A stretch of 64,000 nt of DNA from the NCBI GenBank assembly GCA_046761065.1, contig JBHIFL010000001.1, positions 111,026-175,025 on the forward strand, written 5' to 3'. Source of the DNA: Candidatus Heimdallarchaeota archaeon (GTDB lineage: Archaea; Asgardarchaeota; Wukongarchaeia; Wukongarchaeales; JBHIFL01). Position 1 is the first letter of the stretch; each line of letters opens with the position of its first letter. The position numbers were made by a program, and so were the translations under genes. The notes beneath the pieces were generated by a model, which searched no databases, was not told the origin of the DNA, and saw only the letters and a list, made by a program, of their open reading frames with translations. Below are positions 28,985 through 38,429 of the stretch, one piece after another.

Positions 28985-30196
28985 TTGGATCATCTTATGG
29001 ATCAAAAGCTATTTTCGGGCGTAACCCGACGTTTAGCAATTGCCTCACAACAAATATTCCCTAAATCTGCGTTTAATTTTGGGTGCGCCCCAAAAATCCT
29101 TGTTGCAGGTGAAGAACGACTTATCGCACTAGATATGGGGTATCAGATTATTTCTGATTATGCTGATGCTGACAAGCCACTTCGCTTTCTAATTTCAGGG
29201 GTACCTTATTGCGGGAAAACTTCTCTTGGCCATGATTTCGCATGGTATGCCATGGCACAAGCTGTAAATAGTACGGGTGATACCCCAGTAGTCCTTTATG
29301 AAAGCGCATTTGAACGTTCTCCTATTTCATTAGCCCGTTCACTTGTCCGAAAAACAACAAAGGAAGCTGAAATTCCTTTCAAGACCTCCTTGGATGTATT
29401 GATCTCAAAGCTTGTGGAAGCCACAGGAAAAAGGAAACACCTCATCTTCCTGGATGATCTCTATAGTAGACATGTCGAGTTCGTTAATGAGCTATTAATG
29501 AGTGTAGAAGATTCAGATCTTGATATATTCCTCTCGGCGATGCCGGATTTGGAACGAACATTGAAAAATAGGTATAACCACACATATCTACGCCAGATCA
29601 GCAAATGCAAAGTGGTCCTTCCTGATTTCGATGTGATCCACCTTGCAGCTATTATTAAACAAGAAGCCGCGGATTTATTTGATGTGCCACTCACAACTGA
29701 ACAAGCATTATTTTTTGCCGAAGTTGATCAAGTTTTGACAGCAAAGTTACCGGTGAGTTACGGAACAGATCGCCCTTTTATTACAATTCTTGGCCAACTT
29801 GCAAACTACAAGGGACGCGTCCTTTGTGGGAATGCTTGTAGAGAAATTACACAAAATACCGCGATCTATGATGACTTTTTAACCGTTTTCGACCTATCTA
29901 ATGATGCAGCTCGACTTCTAGAAAAGGTTCTTGCATATTTTAAATTCGGCAATGAAGCAAGTAAATGCTTTGTTGACAAAGCAGACATTTTCTGGTACTT
30001 CGAAGAACTTTTAGAAGGCATCCAGATTCCTAGCTTAGATACACAGCAACGATTCAACGAATTGATGGGTGAATTAGAAGAAGTGGGATCCCTCCTTCCA
30101 GCCGAACATTTAAACTGGAAATACTTTTGTTTTTGTGATATTGAAGATGCCTTATGGGTTTTAAAATCTTCAATAACCCGTTTTTACAATCCTTAA
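28985..30196 (+). CDS. Divergent Cdc6/Orc1-like AAA+ ATPase
   Basis: FNFGCAPKILVAGEERL (cf. Cdc6 N-terminus), Walker A SGVPYCGKTS, Walker B IFLDDL, KVVLPDFDVIHLAAIIKQ (cf. IxFPPYxxxxLxxIL) and a wHTH-like C-terminus; 403 aa. Confidence 0.6.
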   Translation: MDHLMDQKLFSGVTRRLAIASQQIFPKSAFNFGCAPKILVAGEERLIALDMGYQIISDYADADKPLRFLISGVPYCGKTSLGHDFAWYAMAQAVNSTGDTPVVLYESAFERSPISLARSLVRKTTKEAEIPFKTSLDVLISKLVEATGKRKHLIFLDDLYSRHVEFVNELLMSVEDSDLDIFLSAMPDLERTLKNRYNHTYLRQISKCKVVLPDFDVIHLAAIIKQEAADLFDVPLTTEQALFFAEVDQVLTAKLPVSYGTDRPFITILGQLANYKGRVLCGNACREITQNTAIYDDFLTVFDLSNDAARLLEKVLAYFKFGNEASKCFVDKADIFWYFEELLEGIQIPSLDTQQRFNELMGELEEVGSLLPAEHLNWKYFCFCDIEDALWVLKSSITRFYNP

Positions 30197-30279
30197 TTGT
30201 TAGTTACCATTTAATTCGATGAAAACATCAAATAAGATTCTTTCAGAAAAAAAAGTTAAAATAATGTATATTTTCGAGC

Positions 30280-31227
30280 CTATGGGTCCTCGATTCCGGT
30301 CTGTCTAATTGCAAACACTGCTTCCCCTTCGGCCAAGAGCGGACTGTCAACAATTCTCGCGATTCTTCGATCCCCTTTTGATTTGCGCAAGTAGATCCTG
30401 GTAGTGGCTGCATGACCGACAATGTGACCACCAATCGGAGCGAGAGGATCCCCAAATAGAATATCAGGGCGACTCATGACTTGATTCGTAACAACAAGGG
30501 CGACATTGTGAATCTCAGCCAAAGCTAAAAGTTGGTGGATGTGCTTATTTAGTTTCTGTTGCCGTTCACTTAATGTTCCCCTCCCAACGTATTCCGCTCG
30601 AAAGTGACTTGTAAGGGAATCAACGATGACAAGTTTGATGTTATTGTCTTTCACAAGCTTTTCGGCCTGTTCTGCTAATAACATCTGATGATCACTGTTG
30701 TACGCTCGGGCTACACTCATAGTATCAAGAATAGCTTTTGCATCTCCCCCGAAGCGCTCACACATATGAATGATTCGTTCAGGACGAAATGTCCCCTCTG
30801 TGTCGATATAACAAGTATTTCCTCCAAGTCCCCCTTCTTCTGGAGGAGAATGCACCGTTACGCAGAGTTGGTGAGCAAGTTGGGTCTTTCCTGTACGATA
30901 CTCTCCAAAAAACTCGCAAATAGATTTTGTCTCGATACCTCCGTCCAAGAGGTTATCCAGATTTGAACAACCAGTGGTGATCCGCCCTATGTTCCGTCGT
31001 TCTTCCAGCATCTGAGTCCCAGATTTGAACCCAACTTGAAGTTTCCCCCTTGCTGCTTCGATGATCTTTTCGGCAGTTGTTTCCCCAACGCTGACGGCAG
31101 CAGCTAGTTCTTTCACGGTGGTTACGGCAATTGACTCGATGGTTTCAAGTCCCGCTTCCCGGAGTCGATTTACAGTTGCTGGGCCCACACCAGGTAGGTC
31201 TTCTAATTCAATAGTCAAGAATCTCAC
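30280..31227 (-). CDS. radA: DNA repair and recombination protein RadA
   Basis: Hh[56 protein letters not shown] and IGGHIVGH. Confidence 0.97.
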   Translation of the reverse strand: MRFLTIELEDLPGVGPATVNRLREAGLETIESIAVTTVKELAAAVSVGETTAEKIIEAARGKLQVGFKSGTQMLEERRNIGRITTGCSNLDNLLDGGIETKSICEFFGEYRTGKTQLAHQLCVTVHSPPEEGGLGGNTCYIDTEGTFRPERIIHMCERFGGDAKAILDTMSVARAYNSDHQMLLAEQAEKLVKDNNIKLVIVDSLTSHFRAEYVGRGTLSERQQKLNKHIHQLLALAEIHNVALVVTNQVMSRPDILFGDPLAPIGGHIVGHAATTRIYLRKSKGDRRIARIVDSPLLAEGEAVFAIRQTGIEDP

Positions 31228-31464
31228 TTACCATAAATAAAAGGAGAATCCCAATTTATATATCTACAGAGAGGGTGATTTAACTAAAAAAATCATTTAA
31301 TCTTATCTTTTGGATTATAAAGGATTAAAAAAAGGCATTGATTTGATTTCATTAGATGAGTTGCATTTTACTGATTTCAATGTGAACTTGGAGACAAGTT
31401 GTCACCTAGTTCGTTAGTCGTTTAACTCGAATGGAACCCTCGAAGAGTTTTGGGTCAGCTCAGA

Positions 31465-34257
31465 TTATAAGTCAGCTTTAGGTTTTGCGTCTTGCACGGC
31501 CTTCATGAGGAGTTCTTTAGCTTTAACAAGCATATCATCAAATTGGCTAACATCGGGTCCCCCTCCTTGCGCAATTTGACCACGTCCTCCGGCTCTACCT
31601 CCAACGATTTGAGCAAGCTTATTCAATATTTCACTAATTTGTATGTTGATTTTACCGACGGCTCCAACTAAAGTCACGCGATCTCGTTTCGCTGCTAAGA
31701 CAATGACCACCCGTTCTCGTTTCTCAAGGACTTTTTTCGCGACCTCTATCATTTCCTCGGGGAGAAGATCTCTTTCATTGACTACGATAGCAATATCATT
31801 GACCATGGTTGCCGAAGCTAAAAGACTTGGCGCTATTTGTTCAGCCATTTGTTGTCGTAATGCTTCTATCTGTTTTTTCTGCCCTTTCCATTCATTAAAA
31901 AATCGTTTTACCGTACGAGGTAATGCCATCTTCGGGACACTTACATACCCCGCCGCTTCTTCTAGGACCTTTTCGAGCTGCTGGATCTTTTCAACCGCCT
32001 TTATGCCTGCCGAAAAGGTCAAGCGGGCCACTCCATCTTGGATACGTTCGGTATTTTCTATCTTAATATACCCAAGCTCCCCCGAAGACAGGGGATAAAG
32101 GCCCCCACAGGCCTCAACGTCCCACCCTTCTACTGTACAGATCCGAAGTTCTTTTCCAGGGACTGCACCCCCCTGGTAGATAGTAAACCCATAGCGCCGC
32201 TCCGCCTCATTGCGGTCCAACCATTCCACGGAGATGGGGCGATTTTCCATTACAATACGGTTTGCTTCAAGTTCGATTTGGCGCATTTGCTCAGGGATAA
32301 TGCGTTCATAGTGTGAAATATCTAATCTGGCCCGTTCAGGAGTTTTGTCGGCGCCTACTTGCCAAACATGGTTCCCAAGAACATGTCTAGCAGCAGAATT
32401 CACAATGTGAGTCGCGGCATGGTGACGCATCAATGCAATTCGGCGGTCCCAATCAATGATACCGTGAACAGTCTCACCTTTCATGAAGGGAGGACGCTGT
32501 TCAAGCCCATGAACTATCGTACCAGCAACTGTGAAGACTGCTGTTACTCGGATCCCATTCAAAGATCCAGTGTCATAGGCTTGCCCCCCTCCCTCAGGAT
32601 AGAATGCTGTTTTATCGAGTACCACATAATTATCGATGAGTTTAACAATTTGAGCATCGAATTCTTGCCGATATTGGCCATTTGGAACCGTATAATACAG
32701 TTTTTGCGGCGGCGGACATCCCTCAACAGCGTGTTCCAACCTTTGGTCGATCGGTTGTTCTATGCTTTCAGGTATGTGCTGTTTTTGTTCAACCGCCTGA
32801 GCCACCCTTGCCCAGAAATCTCCACAGATTTCAATTGGTTTTCCTTTGTTCGATCCAATTTCTTGGACCATTTCTGGAGGGATACCTTGTGAGACATAGA
32901 GAGTTACCAATTCGTCACATGATAGAGAGGGTTGCGATTCTAATTTCCTACTGACATACTGCGCCCCTTTCTTAATGGTCACTCTGTACCGGTTTTCTTC
33001 GACACGGAAAATCTCCTTTATGATCGATCGTCCGTTTTCGACTCCCGGATAACTACCTTTCAAATACTCTAAATGCTTAAATAATAGCTCTATAAGGTCG
33101 ATTTCGAAGTTGTAAATCTTAGCTAGGGTGATTGATCGTCGTAAAACATTGCGTAAATTATAACCCCCACCCACATTGGAAGGAATTGCGCCATCTGCCA
33201 AAGCAAAGACAAGAGTCCTAGTATGATCAGCAATTGCGTATAGAGCCTCAATAGGTCCAAGCCGTCTATTGAACTCCTCAAAGTCTATATTCATCAACTT
33301 CACAATTTTGCGTCGCTCATCTTCGATATTTACGGTCTCATCCACATTTAATAGTCCTGAAAGTGGACTGTAATGATTTAAAAAGTCCCAATCAACTTCT
33401 ACTCCACTTTCTGCGATTAACCAGTCGAGAACCGGCCCAAAGGTTGCTTCATAGATGGTTGGAGTTCCTTGTGTAATCCAAGCTACTCGTTCAATCCCCC
33501 ACCCGACATCGATTACCTGCATGTCCATCTGTCTAAATTGTGAGCCATTCAAAAGCTCATACTGCATAAACACATTATTCACAATCTCTAGGCCTCGAGC
33601 AAAAGCCTCTAAAGTCGGACCGAAGTTTCCTCCGCCTAACCAGAAGGAACTGACATACGTAATTTCCTCAGGAGCAAGCTTCAACTCCTCGGTTAAGAAC
33701 TTCCAGTTCAGTTCGATGCAACGATCCATCCAATAACCTCCCTCCAGCCCCTCTCCATAAAACGCATGTTGTCCTCCCATAATGAATGAGGTCATATGGC
33801 GTCCAGTCTTCCCGATGTTGTCTAAATCATTAAACTCCCCTCCAAACCGTATACACGGCTGAGGAACCACCAATGGATTTGCAGGAGGAGGAACAACCTT
33901 CTTAAGGACCCAAGGTTGGAAGTCCGCAATTGATGCGATTGTAAACTCCATGTCCTCCCGCCACCGGGAGACCACGGGGTATGCGGTTAGTATTGTATGG
34001 TCATGTCGCTCGAAAAAAGTTGTCCACTTTTTGATCGTTTGATGGAAATCCCATCCTCCCGCCAAGGTTTTCCCAATGAATTGATAACTCCCAACACATG
34101 CGGTCTCCCCACAGACGGGACGATCTGGGTCAAGAGTCCAGAAACCATGTCCACAAACAGGACACTTTTTCCAAGTAAAATCTAGTTCTTTGAATAATTC
34201 GACAATGTAATACTTCTTATCTCTGAATTTGGTAGCTAATTCTTGTTTTAAACTCAT
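31465..34257 (-). CDS. alaS: Alanine--tRNA ligase (archaeal type)
   Basis: N-terminal CPVC, YPVVSRWR, TIASIADFQP, PPANPL, IADHTR, FYPEGGGQ, editing HHAATH, IYQGG and C-terminal GGRGQIAQGGG. Confidence 0.96.
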   Translation of the reverse strand: MSLKQELATKFRDKKYYIVELFKELDFTWKKCPVCGHGFWTLDPDRPVCGETACVGSYQFIGKTLAGGWDFHQTIKKWTTFFERHDHTILTAYPVVSRWREDMEFTIASIADFQPWVLKKVVPPPANPLVVPQPCIRFGGEFNDLDNIGKTGRHMTSFIMGGQHAFYGEGLEGGYWMDRCIELNWKFLTEELKLAPEEITYVSSFWLGGGNFGPTLEAFARGLEIVNNVFMQYELLNGSQFRQMDMQVIDVGWGIERVAWITQGTPTIYEATFGPVLDWLIAESGVEVDWDFLNHYSPLSGLLNVDETVNIEDERRKIVKLMNIDFEEFNRRLGPIEALYAIADHTRTLVFALADGAIPSNVGGGYNLRNVLRRSITLAKIYNFEIDLIELLFKHLEYLKGSYPGVENGRSIIKEIFRVEENRYRVTIKKGAQYVSRKLESQPSLSCDELVTLYVSQGIPPEMVQEIGSNKGKPIEICGDFWARVAQAVEQKQHIPESIEQPIDQRLEHAVEGCPPPQKLYYTVPNGQYRQEFDAQIVKLIDNYVVLDKTAFYPEGGGQAYDTGSLNGIRVTAVFTVAGTIVHGLEQRPPFMKGETVHGIIDWDRRIALMRHHAATHIVNSAARHVLGNHVWQVGADKTPERARLDISHYERIIPEQMRQIELEANRIVMENRPISVEWLDRNEAERRYGFTIYQGGAVPGKELRICTVEGWDVEACGGLYPLSSGELGYIKIENTERIQDGVARLTFSAGIKAVEKIQQLEKVLEEAAGYVSVPKMALPRTVKRFFNEWKGQKKQIEALRQQMAEQIAPSLLASATMVNDIAIVVNERDLLPEEMIEVAKKVLEKRERVVIVLAAKRDRVTLVGAVGKINIQISEILNKLAQIVGGRAGGRGQIAQGGGPDVSQFDDMLVKAKELLMKAVQDAKPKADL

Positions 34258-35087
34258 TGGCTATCCCTTTCCATCGTTTTCGTTATGAGAAAAGAGATTT
34301 ACAGAAACATTTGATATCCCCAAACCCTATGCTTTGTTACCCCAATAAGAACTTAAGGTATCCGCCCTACCAATTTATTAGAGAATACTTAATCACTTTA
34401 GAAAGCACTTGAATATACCCAAATCTTTTGTTTGTGGCATTTCATATCTCCAATAAAAATATAAAATAAAGGACTATTCCCCTTGTGACATGAACCTCGA
34501 TTCTAATGTGTAACATGCAATAAGAGTAACCGTTGACTTCGCCACGTTTACCTTCCCCTTTCATCTTTTCGAGGGCATTTCTCACCAGCTTGCAAGCTGT
34601 TGGAATTTCAGGCACTGCAATGCTATAGAATATAAGTTGTCCAACTTGCCTTGACTACTTTTTTTGCTTTCATGGAGTCTGAGATGCTGCGACGTAGTAC
34701 TCCCACTGTTAAGATAACTTATGTGGTGTTTGAGAATTGTACAAATTTCCTTAATGACCATTATGATATAGGTGTTAGAAATGAAGGGATTTGAAAACAA
34801 CTGCAATTGCCCTTGCCTTCCAAGGTTAATAACCTCTTCGCACACTTAGATATGACTTCTATTGCCAAATGGACGTTTGACTTTCTCTTCTTTTCTAGAT
34901 TGTTTTAAGTCGATTGAGGATTTATTGAAAATCTGATTCAAGACCAGTGAAGCATATCTGGTTAGCAAAATAACTACCTATTTTAATAATTGGAGCTTAT
35001 AACTGTCACGTAATTGATACTTCTGCACTAGATAAATTGCCTCCAACCTCATAAATTATTATATTCCCTACAATATAAATTTTGTAT

Positions 35088-35141
35088 GAGCGATTCATCT
35101 TCCTGCATTTGCAGGGAGTCTTTTCGCCAATTTTTGATAAA
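35088..35141 (-). mobile_element. Isolated IS200/IS605 left-end hairpin
   Basis: The minus strand reads TTTAT-CAAAAATTGGCGAAAAGA-CTCCCTGC-AAAT-GCAGGAAG-ATGAATCGC. It has the same GGCGA..GAC..hairpin..ATGAATCG frame as the left ends at 50666 and 58047. Confidence 0.6.
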
Positions 35142-35223
35142 AAAACATTAAGACCTACACCTATGTAGAATTCTTCAGGAAGTTAGGAATAATCAAAAAC
35201 TGCTAGAACTCCATGTAGCTTAT

Positions 35224-36648
35224 ATGATGACAACACAAACTTTGCAGGGGACTTTCTTGTCGACCTATTTACCTATGAAGGATGATCTTAATACTATTCA
35301 AGATGATCAACTCCCAAATTGGTTTGTTTTAAAGAAATTTCGGAATTTGGAAATAGATATCAATTTATGGGCGGATTATGCCAATAGCCGAGTAGATAAA
35401 TTCATTCGAGAAAATATCTGGTCTGCTGCTTCAGATGATCCAGAAAAGGAGAAACAAGAAGCCGCAGGGCACCTTTTGTTACGGTTAGCCGCCTCTACGA
35501 ATCCACGACTTGCGTCATGGCTTGTGGAAAAAGAAGGGGATTTGTTTTCTTACCGGTATAGAAATGCAAGTTTGAAGGAAAAACTAAAAATCGCCAAGGT
35601 ATTATTTGGTTCCCCCCATGTGAAAACAATAAAAGAGCTGGAACTCGATTTTGGAAAAGATATTATAGCGCGCTTTGATCTAGATCGTCAAATAAAATAT
35701 AAGAGCAAAAGATATGAAAAGGTATTAACGAAAACAGGAAAACCCGCAATTCGCGCTGTCTCCGAAATCCAAGTTCTTCCTCCAAAAGATGGAACGCATG
35801 TAGCATTCTATTTTTCAACTGTTCCAGATGTGATTAGTGAGCGGAAAACACTTCTTTACCTTGGCTGGGCGATTGCTCCTATGTTTGTTTTTCACCTAAG
35901 TATCAAACGGGCTTTTGAAGCTCAACTTCAGGAAAAAATTGAAGAATCCGATGAAAGATTAAAACTCGATAAGCGTGTGGCAAACTTAGCGAATCGCCTT
36001 GCCAAAAAAATGGAAGATGTAGTCAGTATTCCAAAGCAACTCGATCTAGAAGAAGACTTATCAGACACACGCTTATACAAACGTTATGATTTATTTCCTT
36101 TATGTTCGCGGGATCTGATTTCAATATTACTAGGAAAGGGCCATCTCTCGCACCACAAGAACCTCCAACTTGGGTTTTACTTGAAAGCTCTTGAGATGCC
36201 TTTGGACGAACAGATGTGGTTCTGGTATGAAAATTCGATTGATAATGTAGGTCTATCCTTTGAAGAGTATGAACGGAAAGTGGGCTATCTAATCCGTCAT
36301 ATCTATGGACTTGAAGGGCGAAAAATAGATTATCACGCACCAAAATGTGAGACAATATTTAAACGATACTATTGCCCCTTTATACATCGCTCCCTCGAAA
36401 ATATCGAGGTATTAGTTCGCGAAAACTTGGATTTTAGTCCGAAGGCTCTGACAGAAAAAGGATCGACTCTGTCCAAAATTCAGGAACTCTCTGCCACCCG
36501 CCAAGCAAGAGCCGCGTGCTCTTTACTATTCGAACTCAAGTTTGGCCGAAAAGTCTCCATCTGGCACCCCATTCAATACGCACGAGAAGCAATGTTGATT
36601 CAGAAGACCTTGTCTGAAAAGAATAAAATAAAAAAACATAAAGATTGA
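35224..36648 (+). CDS. priL: DNA primase large subunit, eukaryote-like (PRIM2/p58 type)
   Basis: GHLLLRLA...WLVEKEGDLFSYRY and four Fe-S cysteines (FPLC, APKC, YCPF, AAC); LSH....QLGFYLK, HIYGLEG and HPIQY; adjacent to priS. Confidence 0.88.
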   Translation: MMTTQTLQGTFLSTYLPMKDDLNTIQDDQLPNWFVLKKFRNLEIDINLWADYANSRVDKFIRENIWSAASDDPEKEKQEAAGHLLLRLAASTNPRLASWLVEKEGDLFSYRYRNASLKEKLKIAKVLFGSPHVKTIKELELDFGKDIIARFDLDRQIKYKSKRYEKVLTKTGKPAIRAVSEIQVLPPKDGTHVAFYFSTVPDVISERKTLLYLGWAIAPMFVFHLSIKRAFEAQLQEKIEESDERLKLDKRVANLANRLAKKMEDVVSIPKQLDLEEDLSDTRLYKRYDLFPLCSRDLISILLGKGHLSHHKNLQLGFYLKALEMPLDEQMWFWYENSIDNVGLSFEEYERKVGYLIRHIYGLEGRKIDYHAPKCETIFKRYYCPFIHRSLENIEVLVRENLDFSPKALTEKGSTLSKIQELSATRQARAACSLLFELKFGRKVSIWHPIQYAREAMLIQKTLSEKNKIKKHKD

Positions 36649-36834
36649 ATCCAAAGAAATGAATCTATTCTGAAAAACCCATTAATGCTCACTACACAGG
36701 GTTTTCCTCCACACCAGGAATATTTGGTTGTAGCTACATGCTTCGCTCTCGAAAAATTAGATGTTCCCCTCAACTATCATCTTAGTACGCTTCGCAACCC
36801 ATTAAAAGCCTGTCTAAAACATGTGAGGACTTAA

Positions 36835-37818
36835 ATGATGAGTAAACCTTGGAAACCCTCCCTTGAGCTTTTAGGTAGATACTATCGCGAAGTTTTTCAA
36901 CCGGATCAACTCGTCTCACTCGTCGGTCTAGCAGATTTCCGACAACGCGAATTTGGGTTTCTCTTGGCAGATAATGTCTTTATACGAAATATCTCTTTTA
37001 AAACACCTTCAGCCATCAAAGAGTTTATGAGCACCCGCGTCCCCCTTCAGGCCCATGTGGGGGGGGTCTATGACAAACCTCCTTCGAAAGAAAACCCCAT
37101 ATCGCAAACTGGTTGGAAGTATCGTGAACTAGTGTTTGATATTGATCTAAACGAATATGATGCAGTTCGTATATGTGGCTGTCGTGGCTCAGAAACCTAT
37201 TGTGATGAATGTTGGAGCTTGATAAATGATGCGATGCTTTTCCTTGATGATACCTTTCGAATGGATTTCGGGTTTAAGCAGTTAATATGGCTTTTTTCTG
37301 GTCGAAGAGGAGTCCATCTGTGGATTGGTGATGATGAAGCAAAATTTCTGAACCAAGAGGTCAGAGCTGCGATAATCAACTATCTTACAATGATTCGAGG
37401 CGATGAGTATCCTTTTAATGTAGAACAACTCCCGTATTATGGAAAACTGCTCGGTGCAAGAATCATCGAGTTCATCGCGACTCCATATATCCGTCATGCC
37501 TCCCTCGAAGAACTTCAAGCCCAAGGGTTTCGAAAAAACGAAGCCCAGGCGTTAAAAGAAAGTATAGTGAATAAACGCATTCGAAGGGAGAGTTTTGCCC
37601 AGACTCTTCCGACGGACGTCGAACCCGGTAAATTGCTTCACCAAGCGATCCGTATGAGATACCCCCGCATCGATCGCTCTGTGACACTTGATACACGTCA
37701 TTTGCTTAGAATGGTTGGATCCATTCATGATAATACTGGTAAAATGTGCTGCATCATCAAAGATATTGCCAATTTCACGCCGGATATGGCTCCAACTATT
37801 TGGAACCTGCTTCAATAG
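36835..37818 (+). CDS. priS: DNA primase small subunit, eukaryote-like (PRIM1 type)
   Basis: REFGF, RELVFDID, Zn site CGC....CDEC, FSGRRGVH, YPRID and HLLR..GSIH..TG. Confidence 0.93.
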   Translation: MMSKPWKPSLELLGRYYREVFQPDQLVSLVGLADFRQREFGFLLADNVFIRNISFKTPSAIKEFMSTRVPLQAHVGGVYDKPPSKENPISQTGWKYRELVFDIDLNEYDAVRICGCRGSETYCDECWSLINDAMLFLDDTFRMDFGFKQLIWLFSGRRGVHLWIGDDEAKFLNQEVRAAIINYLTMIRGDEYPFNVEQLPYYGKLLGARIIEFIATPYIRHASLEELQAQGFRKNEAQALKESIVNKRIRRESFAQTLPTDVEPGKLLHQAIRMRYPRIDRSVTLDTRHLLRMVGSIHDNTGKMCCIIKDIANFTPDMAPTIWNLLQ

Positions 37819-37921
37819 TTCCCCAAAAATGAAATTTATCAGAAGCCGTTACATACTTAATACGATAAAACCTGCTTCAATGAAGTCTTTCATTCATGAT
37901 TAAGTTCTCTCTGAGAATAAG

Positions 37922-38100
37922 TGGCGGGCCTGGTGGGATTTCCAAAGGAAAGACAATCTTTCGCTATTATTTGAACCCACGACAGCCAGCTTTCTCCTTT
38001 TATGGCAAAGAGCCAAAAATGGCCCCAAATAGGAGGCTGACGCTCTATCTAGCTCTTAGTTCTTAAATGAACGAAGAAATCCATGCTGAGCTACAGGCCC
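37922..38100 (-). tRNA. tRNA-Arg(CCT) with three introns
   Basis: Removing ~38049-38080 (D-loop, 32 nt), 37992-38029 (37/38, 38 nt) and ~37940-37970 (T-loop, 31 nt) gives GGGCCTGTAGCTCAGCATGGATAGAGCGTCAGCCTCCTAAGCTGGCTGTCGTGGGTTCAAATCCCACCAGGCCCGCCA. Confidence 0.9.
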
Positions 38101-38429
38101 AACTTTTCTCTTGGTGTTCCGGGGGATAGCAGAGAGCATTATCTATCTCATGTGAAACCTTATATCAAGTTATTTATTCTTGTGCTTAGTTAGTGCAAAA
38201 AATCAATAGTAAACCAGATTTAACCCTATGATTTATTGGGAATGAATTCTAATGGTTAACAGTTGATGGTTTCCAAAAAAAGGGAAAAATTATTCAAAAG
38301 TTTTAATCAATTTTCTGAACTTCCTTCTGCAGTTTAATTGAAGATATGTGCCCCATAAACTACGTTCGTGCATAATTTGTTTGTTAAATAAGGGGAAGTG
38401 GGAATTATATCCCAGTCGGGGTGAGCATC

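Noticed and set aside
34623-34673. MKAKKVVKAS on the minus strand, resembling an archaeal TnpB N-terminus downstream of the left end at 35141
   Set aside because: The similarity covers only about 9 residues before a stop, which is too short to support.
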